Shown here: positions 18,696 through 27,258 of the stretch, piece by piece
Layout: each line of letters opens with the position of its first letter
How positions within the stretch are numbered: the stretch's first letter is position 1
From: an uncultured Candidatus Bathyarchaeia archaeon
Lineage (GTDB): Archaea; Thermoproteota; Bathyarchaeia; TCS64
Length of the DNA stretch: 50,774 bases
NCBI GenBank assembly: GCA_964587735.1
Contig: CAZPMB010000003.1
Span: 1 to 50,774, forward strand
Reading direction: 5' to 3'
Program-made: the position numbers and the translations under genes
The notes under the pieces: generated by a model
The model's database searches: none
Told to the model about the DNA's origin: nothing
What the model saw: only the letters and a program-made list of their open reading frames with translations

Positions 18696-19967
18696 TCAGG
18701 CGTTGGCGGCGACCCCTCTTTTCAGGGTCTCAGGCACCTTGAAGGCTATCAGGGGGATCCTGAGGCCGAGATCGATGGCGAGTGGGACCAGGAATATCAG
18801 GCCCGGGCTCCCCCCCTTGTAGAGGAGCCCGCCTATGATCGGGGCCGGTATCCTGAAGACGCTGCCGAAGGTGCTGGTGATCCCCAGCCACCTCCCCCTA
18901 TGGCCGGCGGGCACAAGCTCTAAGCCCAGGGTTTCGAAGGCGTGGCTGCTGTCGCTTATGCCCCTGAATACCCAGGCGACAATCAGCCAAGACGGGCCCG
19001 GCGCGAGGACGACGAGGAGCATCCAGAGGTAGAGGGCGGGCCTAATGAGGAATATGGCCGCCTTCCTGCCCCTCCTGTCAGCGATCCTGTTGAGGGGAAC
19101 GGAGAAGAGGATGGAGGTGACGGTCGAGACCGTTACGAGGGCCCCGAGGGTGACGGCGTCCGCCCCCTTAACCTCGGCTGCGTAGAGGAAGGCGAAGGGG
19201 TCGATCATCCCCCAGACGACGGATCCGAGGCAGCCGACCCCGATCCACGCCTTAAGGCCCCTTCCGCCCCTCATCACATCCCTGAGGTCTCGGAGGAAGG
19301 AGGCGCTCTCCGATCTGGGCCTAGGAGGCACGTCGTTGAGCCTCAGGTACGTGTAGAGATAGAGAGTCATCATGCCCGCCAGGCGCAAGAAGTAGAGGGG
19401 CCTTAAGCCCTTGACCGTTAGGCCACCGAAGCGCTGGACTAGGAGCGCGGCGGGTATCGGGACAGCGAGCCCTATCGCCTGGGCGAGGACGAGGCGGAGG
19501 CCCATCCCGGACGCCCTGTCCTCGTCCCTGAGGCCGTCGGATATCATCACCATCTGGCTCCTGAACATGAGGGCGTCGGTGAGGGGGGAGATCATCATCG
19601 CGAGGAGGATCCACCACCAGTCCCCGGCGAAGGCGTAGAGGGCTATCGTCAGGATCTGGACGGCCATGCCGACGCCCATCACGTGCTTGAGGTTGTAAAC
19701 GTCGGAAACCCAGCCGGAGGGAAGGGAGATAAGCATGTTCACGAAGCTGCCTGCGCTGCTCATGGAGCCGAGGGTCACTGGGTCCGCCCCCAGCCCGCTA
19801 GTATATATGGAGTCGTAATTCGTCGTCAGGTTCATCAGCGAGTGGGCACCGGCCGTCCGAACGAGCATCATCCTGTAGTTGTGGCTCTGCCTGTCGAGGA
19901 ACACTTGGAGACGCCTTAGGCCGATCACCCAAAACCACGACCAGATACCCGCGTGTTCGAGACTCAC
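18696..19967 (-). CDS. MFS transporter
   Basis: Multi-TM. GWVSDVYNLK and RIADRRGRK loop motifs. Confidence 0.85.
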   Translation of the reverse strand: MSLEHAGIWSWFWVIGLRRLQVFLDRQSHNYRMMLVRTAGAHSLMNLTTNYDSIYTSGLGADPVTLGSMSSAGSFVNMLISLPSGWVSDVYNLKHVMGVGMAVQILTIALYAFAGDWWWILLAMMISPLTDALMFRSQMVMISDGLRDEDRASGMGLRLVLAQAIGLAVPIPAALLVQRFGGLTVKGLRPLYFLRLAGMMTLYLYTYLRLNDVPPRPRSESASFLRDLRDVMRGGRGLKAWIGVGCLGSVVWGMIDPFAFLYAAEVKGADAVTLGALVTVSTVTSILFSVPLNRIADRRGRKAAIFLIRPALYLWMLLVVLAPGPSWLIVAWVFRGISDSSHAFETLGLELVPAGHRGRWLGITSTFGSVFRIPAPIIGGLLYKGGSPGLIFLVPLAIDLGLRIPLIAFKVPETLKRGVAANA

Positions 19968-20054
19968 CTAACGTGACATGGGTCGTAATAAAAGATTCCG
20001 CTGAGAGGCCCCTGCCGCTCGGTAACCCTTAATTCCAGCTGCTCTACACGGATT

Positions 20055-21167
20055 GTGGTTAGAGCCTTGAAGGTGGATATCTACGAGGTCCTGAGGGACC
20101 TGATGGAGGCCCCGGCCGTAACGGGCTTCGAGGAGCAGCGCAGGCGGAGGATCGTAGAGCAGTACTCGAGGTACTGCGACAGCGTGTCCGTGGACGTCAT
20201 CGGCAACGTGGTGGGAACCCTCGGAGAGGGCGAGAAATCCGTGATGCTCGCGGGCCACTACGACCAGCTCGGCTTCATGGTGGCCCACATCGACGAGAAG
20301 GGCTATGCCAGCTTCAAGAGCGTTGGCGGCTGGGACCAGAGGGTCGCCTACGGCGTGAGGGTGAGGATCTGGGTCGGAGACGAGCCCGATTCCTACGTGA
20401 CGGGCGTCATCGGCCCTAAGCCCGCGCACCTGACGGAGCAGGCGGAGAGGGAGAAGGCCGTCCCCTTGAAGGACATGCGCATCGACTTCGGAGCGAGTGA
20501 CGGGAAGGAGGCCGAGGGCATGGGCGTGAGGGTCGGTTGTCCCGTCACCCCGGACTCCTCACTCACAAGGATGGGGAGGGGGGACGGGGGCCTGGTCATG
20601 GGCCCGGCCTTCGACGACGTGTGCGCCGTCGCCGCCTTCATTAAGGCCCTAGACGAGTTGCACGGTGATCCGCCGAAGGGTTTTAAGCTCCAGGCCGTGG
20701 CGACCGTCCAGGAGGAGATCGGCTACAGGGGCGCAATGGTCTCTGGATACAACCTGAACCCGTGGTGCGCCATAGCCGTCGATGTGACCCACGCCGTCGC
20801 GCCCGGCGTGGAGGCGCCACAGGTGGCGGGCATACAGCTCGGTAAGGGTCCGGCGATCGGCGTCGGCGCCAACTTCACGAAGGCCATGTGGGAGATGATG
20901 GAGAGGGAGGCGAGGGAGAACGGCATCCCCTATCAGCTAGAGGCGGTCCCGTCCGAGAGCGGCACGGATGCCTGGGCCCTGCAGGTCCTGAAGGGCGGAA
21001 CCATCAGCGGCCTGGTCTCCATACCCAACAGGTACATGCACTCCCCCAACGAGGTCGTGTCCCTGAGCGACCTGAGCAACGTCGGGCTCCTTCTGGCCGC
21101 CACGATCAGAGCCCTAGATAAGAGCGACATAAGGCACAGCGTCGAGGTCTTCAGGAGAGGCTCCTAG
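20055..21167 (+). CDS. M42-family (TET-like) aminopeptidase
   Basis: AGHYDQLG, AFDDVCAV, VQEEIGYRGA, AVDVT, SGTDA, RYMHSPNE. Confidence 0.92.
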   Translation: MVRALKVDIYEVLRDLMEAPAVTGFEEQRRRRIVEQYSRYCDSVSVDVIGNVVGTLGEGEKSVMLAGHYDQLGFMVAHIDEKGYASFKSVGGWDQRVAYGVRVRIWVGDEPDSYVTGVIGPKPAHLTEQAEREKAVPLKDMRIDFGASDGKEAEGMGVRVGCPVTPDSSLTRMGRGDGGLVMGPAFDDVCAVAAFIKALDELHGDPPKGFKLQAVATVQEEIGYRGAMVSGYNLNPWCAIAVDVTHAVAPGVEAPQVAGIQLGKGPAIGVGANFTKAMWEMMEREARENGIPYQLEAVPSESGTDAWALQVLKGGTISGLVSIPNRYMHSPNEVVSLSDLSNVGLLLAATIRALDKSDIRHSVEVFRRGS

Positions 21168-21343
21168 CTAAACTCCCCTTTTTATGTGCCCACCATGATG
21201 TCCCATTAAAGGATGGCTCCTTGGGCGGCACTGTATCGCTTGTAGACACTTACCTAGATTTAACGACTTGCCCGTGGGCATGTGGTCTCAGGATTCTGCC
21301 CCGGAAAGTCTTATCTTGAGTTTGACCGAGTAGGGATATTCCA

Positions 21344-22615
21344 TTGGCGAAGAGGCAGAGCATCTATACGGGCCCCATACTCATTCTTGGGGCGAACCAG
21401 CTAATTGAAACCATAGCGTTCGGCATTCCCTACTCATATTTTCCCCTTTACGCGGTCTCACTGGGCTCCTCGATCGCCTTGATCGGCCTTTTCACGTCGA
21501 TGTTCATGATGATGTCCATGCTGCTGTCACCCTTCCTTGGAACTTACTCCGACAGGTTCGGCAGGAAAAGGCTCATAATAATAGGGCTGGTCGGCGACGT
21601 AATTTTAGGCGCAGTGACGGGCCTCGTCCCCTCCTGGGAATGGCTGCTTCTGGTGAGGCTGCTGAACGGCGCAATGACCGCGGCGGCAATGGTCCCGGCG
21701 GAGGCGCTTCTCATCGATCTATCTTCCCCCGACAGGGTCGGCGAGGCGGTGGGCTTCGTCATGGCGTGCGGGATGGTTGGAAGGAACATCGGCCCGCTGT
21801 TCGGGGGGGTCCTCCAGTGGTTTGCGGTCTCCATCGGCTTCAGCCTGTTGGATAGCTACAGGATCCCGTATTTCGTGGACGCAGGCTTCGCCGCGATCTC
21901 GGTCGGGCTGATCGCATTTGGGATCAAGGAGAGAAGAGTTACCCCGACGGAGAAGGAGGAAAAGGAGAACAAGCGGCGCATCAAGATTCCCAGAGTATAT
22001 AAGATCCTACTGGCATGCGCCTTTGTTACGGGCATCGGGGAAGGCTTCCACCGCCCGATCATTTCGCTCTTTTTCAACGACATCTTTGGTGCCAAGCCGG
22101 TAGAGATAGGGCTCATAATGACCATAACGGGCTTCATCGCCCTGGTCGCCAGTTGGATAGCGGGAAGGGCATCGGACAAGTACGGAAGGCGGATGGTGAT
22201 AGCGATAGGCGGAATTCCTTCTCGGATTTTCGGAGCGATAATTCCCCTGAGCCCAAACTTCAACCTGGCGTCGATCTTCTACTCCCTCAGGGGCTTCATG
22301 TGGAGCGTCTATGGCGTCGGGCTGCGGGCCCTCAGGGCGGATTTGGCTCCTACGGAGATAAGGGGCAGGCTGTTCGGCCTCTACAGGACATGCTTCGACG
22401 CCGGCGACATAATCGGGCCGCTGGCTGCGACCTACCTGTACGATCTCTACCGGTTCGATGTCTTCAAAATCGGGGGCTTGACGGTACCCGGATACGGCGT
22501 CCCGTTTTACATAAACTCGATAGTGGGGCTGGCCGTCCTGACGGTCTTACTGCTATTCGTTAGGCACAGGCGTGAAGACACGAGTTCGGCAACAAACATC
22601 CAAAACCAGTTGTAA
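21344..22615 (+). CDS. MFS transporter
   Basis: GTYSDRFGRK and GRASDKYGRR motifs, about 12 TM. Confidence 0.92.
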   Translation: MAKRQSIYTGPILILGANQLIETIAFGIPYSYFPLYAVSLGSSIALIGLFTSMFMMMSMLLSPFLGTYSDRFGRKRLIIIGLVGDVILGAVTGLVPSWEWLLLVRLLNGAMTAAAMVPAEALLIDLSSPDRVGEAVGFVMACGMVGRNIGPLFGGVLQWFAVSIGFSLLDSYRIPYFVDAGFAAISVGLIAFGIKERRVTPTEKEEKENKRRIKIPRVYKILLACAFVTGIGEGFHRPIISLFFNDIFGAKPVEIGLIMTITGFIALVASWIAGRASDKYGRRMVIAIGGIPSRIFGAIIPLSPNFNLASIFYSLRGFMWSVYGVGLRALRADLAPTEIRGRLFGLYRTCFDAGDIIGPLAATYLYDLYRFDVFKIGGLTVPGYGVPFYINSIVGLAVLTVLLLFVRHRREDTSSATNIQNQL

Positions 22616-22761
22616 AGATCGTATAAAACCCCAGAAGAGGGAAACTCCATCACACAGCCTGAACTTGGGAAAACGTTGTAACAGTTTGAGCAACGTCCTC
22701 AAGGGTTTAAGTCTGAATGATTCAAAGGATACTCTCATATTTTCTTTTATTACCTGCATTT

Positions 22762-22830
22762 ATTATGTTCATAATGTAAGATAAGTATGTAACATACTTT
22801 CATGCTAACTTATATTTCATATATGAGTTA
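22762..22830. promoter_or_regulatory. Cluster of palindromic operator candidates
   Basis: ATTATG-TT-CATAAT (22762-22775). AAGTATGT-A-ACATACTT (22783-22799, perfect 8-bp arms). Imperfect TAACTTATAT...ATATGAGTTA (22806-22830). Confidence 0.55.
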
Positions 22831-22852
22831 TGTCTATTCAGAGGTGGAAAGG

Positions 22853-23479
22853 ATGGAAACAAGAACACTCAACAGGCTCAAAAAGGAGTTGATGAGCCTC
22901 TACGCCCTGATCGTCATAAACATTGTGGGGGCCGGGCTCGCCATGAGCTTCGGTGTCGCCACAGTGGTCAACAACCTGTTCCCCATGATCGCCGAGCTGA
23001 GAATCCAGCCTCTCCAGGCCGCCTTGACCGGGCTGGGGCTGCTCGGGTTCGGGTTCGCCATATCGTGGCTCGTGTCTAGCGCTGAGGTGTTCAGCGACCT
23101 AGACGACATCAGGGACGGGATCAGGGAACAGCCGGGTGAGGCTGACGAAGAGGCGACGACGCAGCTCATAGTCCAGAACATGGCCTTCTACAGGGACAAC
23201 AGGCCGACCATAGACAGGCTGATGCTGGGGAGCAGGGCCGCGGGGCTCTTCTTCCTGCTGTCGGGGGCGATTGGGGTCTTCAACATGCTGACCAACGCCC
23301 CAGCGGGACCTTTTGGTCTTGTGATGTCGGTGATTGGGGTCCTCATCTGCGTCGTCATCGGCTCGGTGGGCTTTTACTGCCCCTCTCTTTTTGAGAGGTA
23401 CGCCAGGGCCTGGGAGCAGCGGCTGAAAGACTCCGTCGAGGCCGAGGAGAAGCTGAACAGGATTCTCGAGGGTGGCTAG
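22853..23479 (+). CDS. Hypothetical 4-TM membrane protein
   Basis: Two TM hairpins separated by a charged helical linker. GAGGTG SD-like sequence before ATG 22853. Stop overlaps the wHTH gene. Confidence 0.7.
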   Translation: METRTLNRLKKELMSLYALIVINIVGAGLAMSFGVATVVNNLFPMIAELRIQPLQAALTGLGLLGFGFAISWLVSSAEVFSDLDDIRDGIREQPGEADEEATTQLIVQNMAFYRDNRPTIDRLMLGSRAAGLFFLLSGAIGVFNMLTNAPAGPFGLVMSVIGVLICVVIGSVGFYCPSLFERYARAWEQRLKDSVEAEEKLNRILEGG

Positions 23480-23756
23480 GATGAATGGGAAGAGGACCCT
23501 CTACGAGATCTACTGGGAGATCCTGAGCTTCTGCAGGAGCCCCAAGACCTTCACGAGCATAATCAACAGGTGCAGCCTCAACTCCAAGATAGCGCAGGAG
23601 CACATCGGGGTCCTTCTGTCCAAGGGGTACCTGAATAACTTCGAGGACGGTGAGAAGAGCCTCTACAGGACGACGGAGAGGGCCAGTGTCTTCCTCGAGG
23701 CTTTCAAGGAGATGTACATGGAGCTGTACAACAGGGGTCCGGAGTTCAAGCTCTGA
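23472..23756 (+). CDS. Small archaeal winged-helix regulator (HTH_45-like)
   Basis: KRTLYEIYWEIL..C..PKTFTSIINRCSLN....L..KGYL...YRTTERA pattern. Confidence 0.82.
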   Translation: MARMNGKRTLYEIYWEILSFCRSPKTFTSIINRCSLNSKIAQEHIGVLLSKGYLNNFEDGEKSLYRTTERASVFLEAFKEMYMELYNRGPEFKL

Positions 23757-23795
23757 CAGAATCACGAATCGGAGACCATCGCATCTGGGTGAGCG

Positions 23796-24263
23796 CTAGG
23801 GGCGTTCGTCTCTCTCATCCCAGTAGTGGTGTCGCTTGCCCTTAGTAGCCCAATTCTCGAGCCCCATCTCCCTAACGGCCCTCAGGTTCTTGAGGCAGGA
23901 ATCGGCGTGGAGCCCCCCGTGCGCAGACCTAAGCTTATCGCAGGCCTCGAGGTCGTTGCATTCGAAACAAGCGTAGAACCCCCTACCCTTGCAGCATCTC
24001 CTCACCTCGCAGGAGACGTCGGTGTCACCCCTCTCCCGGCAGATCCAGGGACACCTCAGGTTTGTCATGAACCCGAGCACCTCAGAAAACATCTCGTAGT
24101 TCTTCAGCTCTTTGGGGAAAATGCTCTCCGCGGTCAGATCGAACCTGTACCCCTCCAGCACTTCCTTGAATTCCTTCGCCGCATCGGCGATCACGCCGGT
24201 TTGGCCCAGGCAGTCGCCGCAGTAGATGCCACAATATGCTAGCAAGCGCTTTCTTCTCTCCAA
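23796..24263 (-). CDS. DUF3795-like Cys-rich protein
   Basis: AYCGIYCGDC, CPWICR, CEVRRCC, ACFECNDLEAC. Confidence 0.82.
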   Translation of the reverse strand: MERRKRLLAYCGIYCGDCLGQTGVIADAAKEFKEVLEGYRFDLTAESIFPKELKNYEMFSEVLGFMTNLRCPWICRERGDTDVSCEVRRCCKGRGFYACFECNDLEACDKLRSAHGGLHADSCLKNLRAVREMGLENWATKGKRHHYWDERDERP

Positions 24264-24630
24264 GATCTGGCCTCCTTCATTCTAAAAACAAGGAGCGAAT
24301 TCAAAAATCTGATCCAAAGCCCTGTGTGAAGTTTAACTCGCATTAAATCGGGTGGCGTCGGACGCGACTTAGTCTTGCATCCTTGTGGATGAAGGCCCCA
24401 TTGCTCGCTGGCTGAGTCAAGATGCATGCCCTCAGGCCTTCGAAAACATAGGGGATCAGACACATCATTCGAAGGGCTTACAGAATACCGGGTTGACCCC
24501 AAATGGAGGAAATCAGATAGGCGCGTTCGAGGGCTGAGTGGACGCTTCGAGACTATACATCTGCTGAAAGGTCTGATAAAGACCAACTCCTTCGTCTACG
24601 GTGATTGGATGAGGCTTAGAGCCGCTAATT

Positions 24631-25920
24631 TCATTGTTTCTCCAGTTCTTCCTCGATCCTGGTCTGAGAGCCCTTCAGCTCCACTTCGGTGAACCTACGC
24701 GTCGCCAACCACTTGGCCACGAGGTCTGTTCCCCTCTCCATGCCCTCCGGGAGCTCAAGGAACCTAAATAACTCCCTCTTGCAGGCGGCCGCCACGAGGA
24801 GGGCCCCTTTTCTTAGCCTCGTCTCCACGTGCCTGACCTTCCTCCTGTTGTAGCCGTAGATAACGCCGTCGAGGAAGGCCTCCGTATATTCCTCCCGCCG
24901 CGTCATCGGCGAGAAGAACCTGTTTCCGAGCTGCCCCGTGATGATGGAGTCCGCTTCAAACTGCATCTCGTAGATGAGCGGCTTCCACGGCGTGAGCCCC
25001 CTCGCCGCGGCCTCAGTCGCCCCGGGCAGGGGATTCATCAGGCTTGCGAGGAAGTAGACCTCCGTCTCCCTCAGCGACCTGTCGCCGCTCCTGTAGACCA
25101 TGTGGTAGTCCGTCGTGTAGGTGCCCCCCTCGTCGACGAGGTGGTTGGCGGTGTGGGAGTTCGTCATGTAGCCTCCCCCCTTCTGGACCGTACCATGAAT
25201 TAGGCCGGCGTCGTGGTGAATCCTCAAATTGGAGCCACAGCTCGATCCGAGCCAGCGGAGGAAGTCCTCGCAGTCCCCGTGAGGGAGAAAATCCTCAACG
25301 GAAGGGTGTAGGAACCCGTAGAGCACCTCGTCGACCCTCACGTCGGTTGGCTGAGCCATGAAGACGCAGGCGGCTTCCACCATCCTCCCTGAGATCTTGA
25401 ACCTGTCCAGAAGCGCATCCCTTTGCGTCGATGCCAGCATCTGGAAGAGCTCCACCCTGTCCTTGACGTCGATCACGGTGACGCCGCCGTATAGGCCGAT
25501 CCCGACCGGCCTGGGCGCAGGGCAACCCGCCTCCGCGGCCTCGGCCGTCCTCCTAAGCTCGTTCTCCGCCTCATCGAGCGTCGAGAGACCCCAGATGAGG
25601 CGGCCGCTCCCGATGTTCACGTCGCCGAGCCAGTACGTGCAAATCCTCTCCCCAACCAAGAAGGGCCTCGAGCTTCCCGTGGCGATGCCCACGCCCTTTG
25701 CCTTGAGCCAACCGTCCCTCGTCGGAAGGACGGCAGACCTGAATCCGCTGGCGTAGGCCTCCACGCCGATTGTATCCGCCCGCCCGATGTTGCACATGAG
25801 GGGGACCTCATCGGTCTTGAAGGGGTAGAGCGTTGGCTCCGACAGCCTAGTGGTTCCAGGAAAAAGGTGAAGGGAGGCTTTCCACCTCAGGAGACCGAGG
25901 AGCCTCTCGACGCTCATCAT
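24631..25920 (-). CDS. Hypothetical protein with SelO-like / atypical protein-kinase-fold motifs
   Basis: LKAKGVG, helix-C-like EAENEL, AGCPAPRPVG, DVRV, HDAGLIHG...N..TDY. Start moved to ATG 25920 to remove the overlap with the M20 gene. Confidence 0.6.
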   Translation of the reverse strand: MMSVERLLGLLRWKASLHLFPGTTRLSEPTLYPFKTDEVPLMCNIGRADTIGVEAYASGFRSAVLPTRDGWLKAKGVGIATGSSRPFLVGERICTYWLGDVNIGSGRLIWGLSTLDEAENELRRTAEAAEAGCPAPRPVGIGLYGGVTVIDVKDRVELFQMLASTQRDALLDRFKISGRMVEAACVFMAQPTDVRVDEVLYGFLHPSVEDFLPHGDCEDFLRWLGSSCGSNLRIHHDAGLIHGTVQKGGGYMTNSHTANHLVDEGGTYTTDYHMVYRSGDRSLRETEVYFLASLMNPLPGATEAAARGLTPWKPLIYEMQFEADSIITGQLGNRFFSPMTRREEYTEAFLDGVIYGYNRRKVRHVETRLRKGALLVAAACKRELFRFLELPEGMERGTDLVAKWLATRRFTEVELKGSQTRIEEELEKQ

Positions 25921-26023
25921 TACAGCCTCCGGCTGACCGGCTAAATACCTTCCGCGGCCACGCGAATCACACTCCCGCAGCTCTTTTACCCTCAACCCAC
26001 ACAATTCTCCACAGTGAAGTACG

Positions 26024-27184
26024 TTGAAGACACATGTGGACGAAGGCGCCGCCCTCAGGCTTCTCGAGGAGCTTGTCAAGATCAACTCCGTGAACCCGAG
26101 CCTGGTCCTCGGTGCCCCCGGGGAGGTCGAGATAGCCGAGTTTCTCGCCGGGCACATGAGCTCGCTTGGGCTCGAGGTCAGGGTCGACGAGGTCAGGCCT
26201 GGGAGGCTCAATGCCATCGGCGTCCTGAAGGGCTCGGGCCGTGGAAAAAGCCTGATGCTGAACGGCCACACGGACACGGTCGGCATCGACTACATGGAGA
26301 TGGACCCGCTTGACCCGGTTGTGAAGGAAGGAAGGATGTACGGCCGGGGCACCTTCGACATGAAAGGGGGGTTAGCATCGCTCCTCGCCGCGACGAAGGC
26401 CGTGGTGGACTCAGGCGCTGAGCTAAGGGGAGACGTGGTTGTCGCCGCGGTCTGCGACGAGGAGTACGCCAGCATCGGCACGGAGAGGGTCGTCGAGCAG
26501 GTGAGGGCCGACGCCGCGGTCGTCGGGGAGCCCACCGACCTGCAGATCCAGGTCGCCCACAAGGGGTTCGCCTGGGTCGACATAGAGACCCACGGCGTTG
26601 CGGCCCACGGGAGCGCATGGCAGCTCGGCGTCGACGCGATAGCCAAGATGGGGAAGGTCCAGGTGGGCCTTGAGCGCCTCCAGGAGGAGGTGCTGCCGAA
26701 GAAGAAACACCGGCTCGTCGGCCTCGCCTCGGTTCATGCATCCATCATAAGCGGAGGGAGGGAGCTGAGCACCTACCCCGACCGCTGCAGGCTCCAGGTC
26801 GAGAGGAGGCTGATCCCCGGGGAGACAAGGAGGGACGTGGACGAGGAGATGAAGGCCCTCCTTGCATCGATAGCCGACATCGACCCGAAGTTCAGGGGCG
26901 AGTACGAGATCGCCTTCTTCAGGGGCCCCATGGAGGTCCCGCAGGACGAGGAGATATGCAATGTCCTCCGTCGCAGTTCCCATGAGGTGACCGGCTCCGA
27001 GCCCCACTTCGTCGGTGGAAGCGGGTGGCTCGACACGCAGATAATCTGGGAGAGGGGCACGCCCGCCGTGGCGTTCGGGCCCGGTGGAGGGGGGGCCCAC
27101 GCGGCCGAGGAGTACGTCTACGTCGACTCGGTGATAGACGCGGCGAGGATCCTAGAGCGGGCAATCCTGCTCTACTGCGGCTGA
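26024..27184 (+). CDS. ArgE/DapE-family (M20) deacylase
   Basis: LNGHTDTV, GRGTFDMKGG, VCDEEY, VGEPT, AAHG, GAHAAEEYV. Confidence 0.92.
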   Translation: MKTHVDEGAALRLLEELVKINSVNPSLVLGAPGEVEIAEFLAGHMSSLGLEVRVDEVRPGRLNAIGVLKGSGRGKSLMLNGHTDTVGIDYMEMDPLDPVVKEGRMYGRGTFDMKGGLASLLAATKAVVDSGAELRGDVVVAAVCDEEYASIGTERVVEQVRADAAVVGEPTDLQIQVAHKGFAWVDIETHGVAAHGSAWQLGVDAIAKMGKVQVGLERLQEEVLPKKKHRLVGLASVHASIISGGRELSTYPDRCRLQVERRLIPGETRRDVDEEMKALLASIADIDPKFRGEYEIAFFRGPMEVPQDEEICNVLRRSSHEVTGSEPHFVGGSGWLDTQIIWERGTPAVAFGPGGGGAHAAEEYVYVDSVIDAARILERAILLYCG

Positions 27185-27258
27185 AGGAACGGGGCTCCCC
27201 AAAATCCTATAGCATGTTTTTTCTTCACCGAGCCTCTACTCTAACCGAGGACTCGATC

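Noticed and set aside
24490-24530. GAGGAAA suggesting RNase P RNA P4
   Set aside because: Lacks the following GUCC and the 3' P4 partner, and GC is too low.
25921-26286. 5' extension of the 551-aa ORF
   Set aside because: Overlaps the M20 gene on the opposite strand. The real start is most likely ATG 25920.
27025-27258. 5' extension of the ThDP ORF
   Set aside because: Overlaps the M20 gene out of frame, and homology begins at MKVEAANG.
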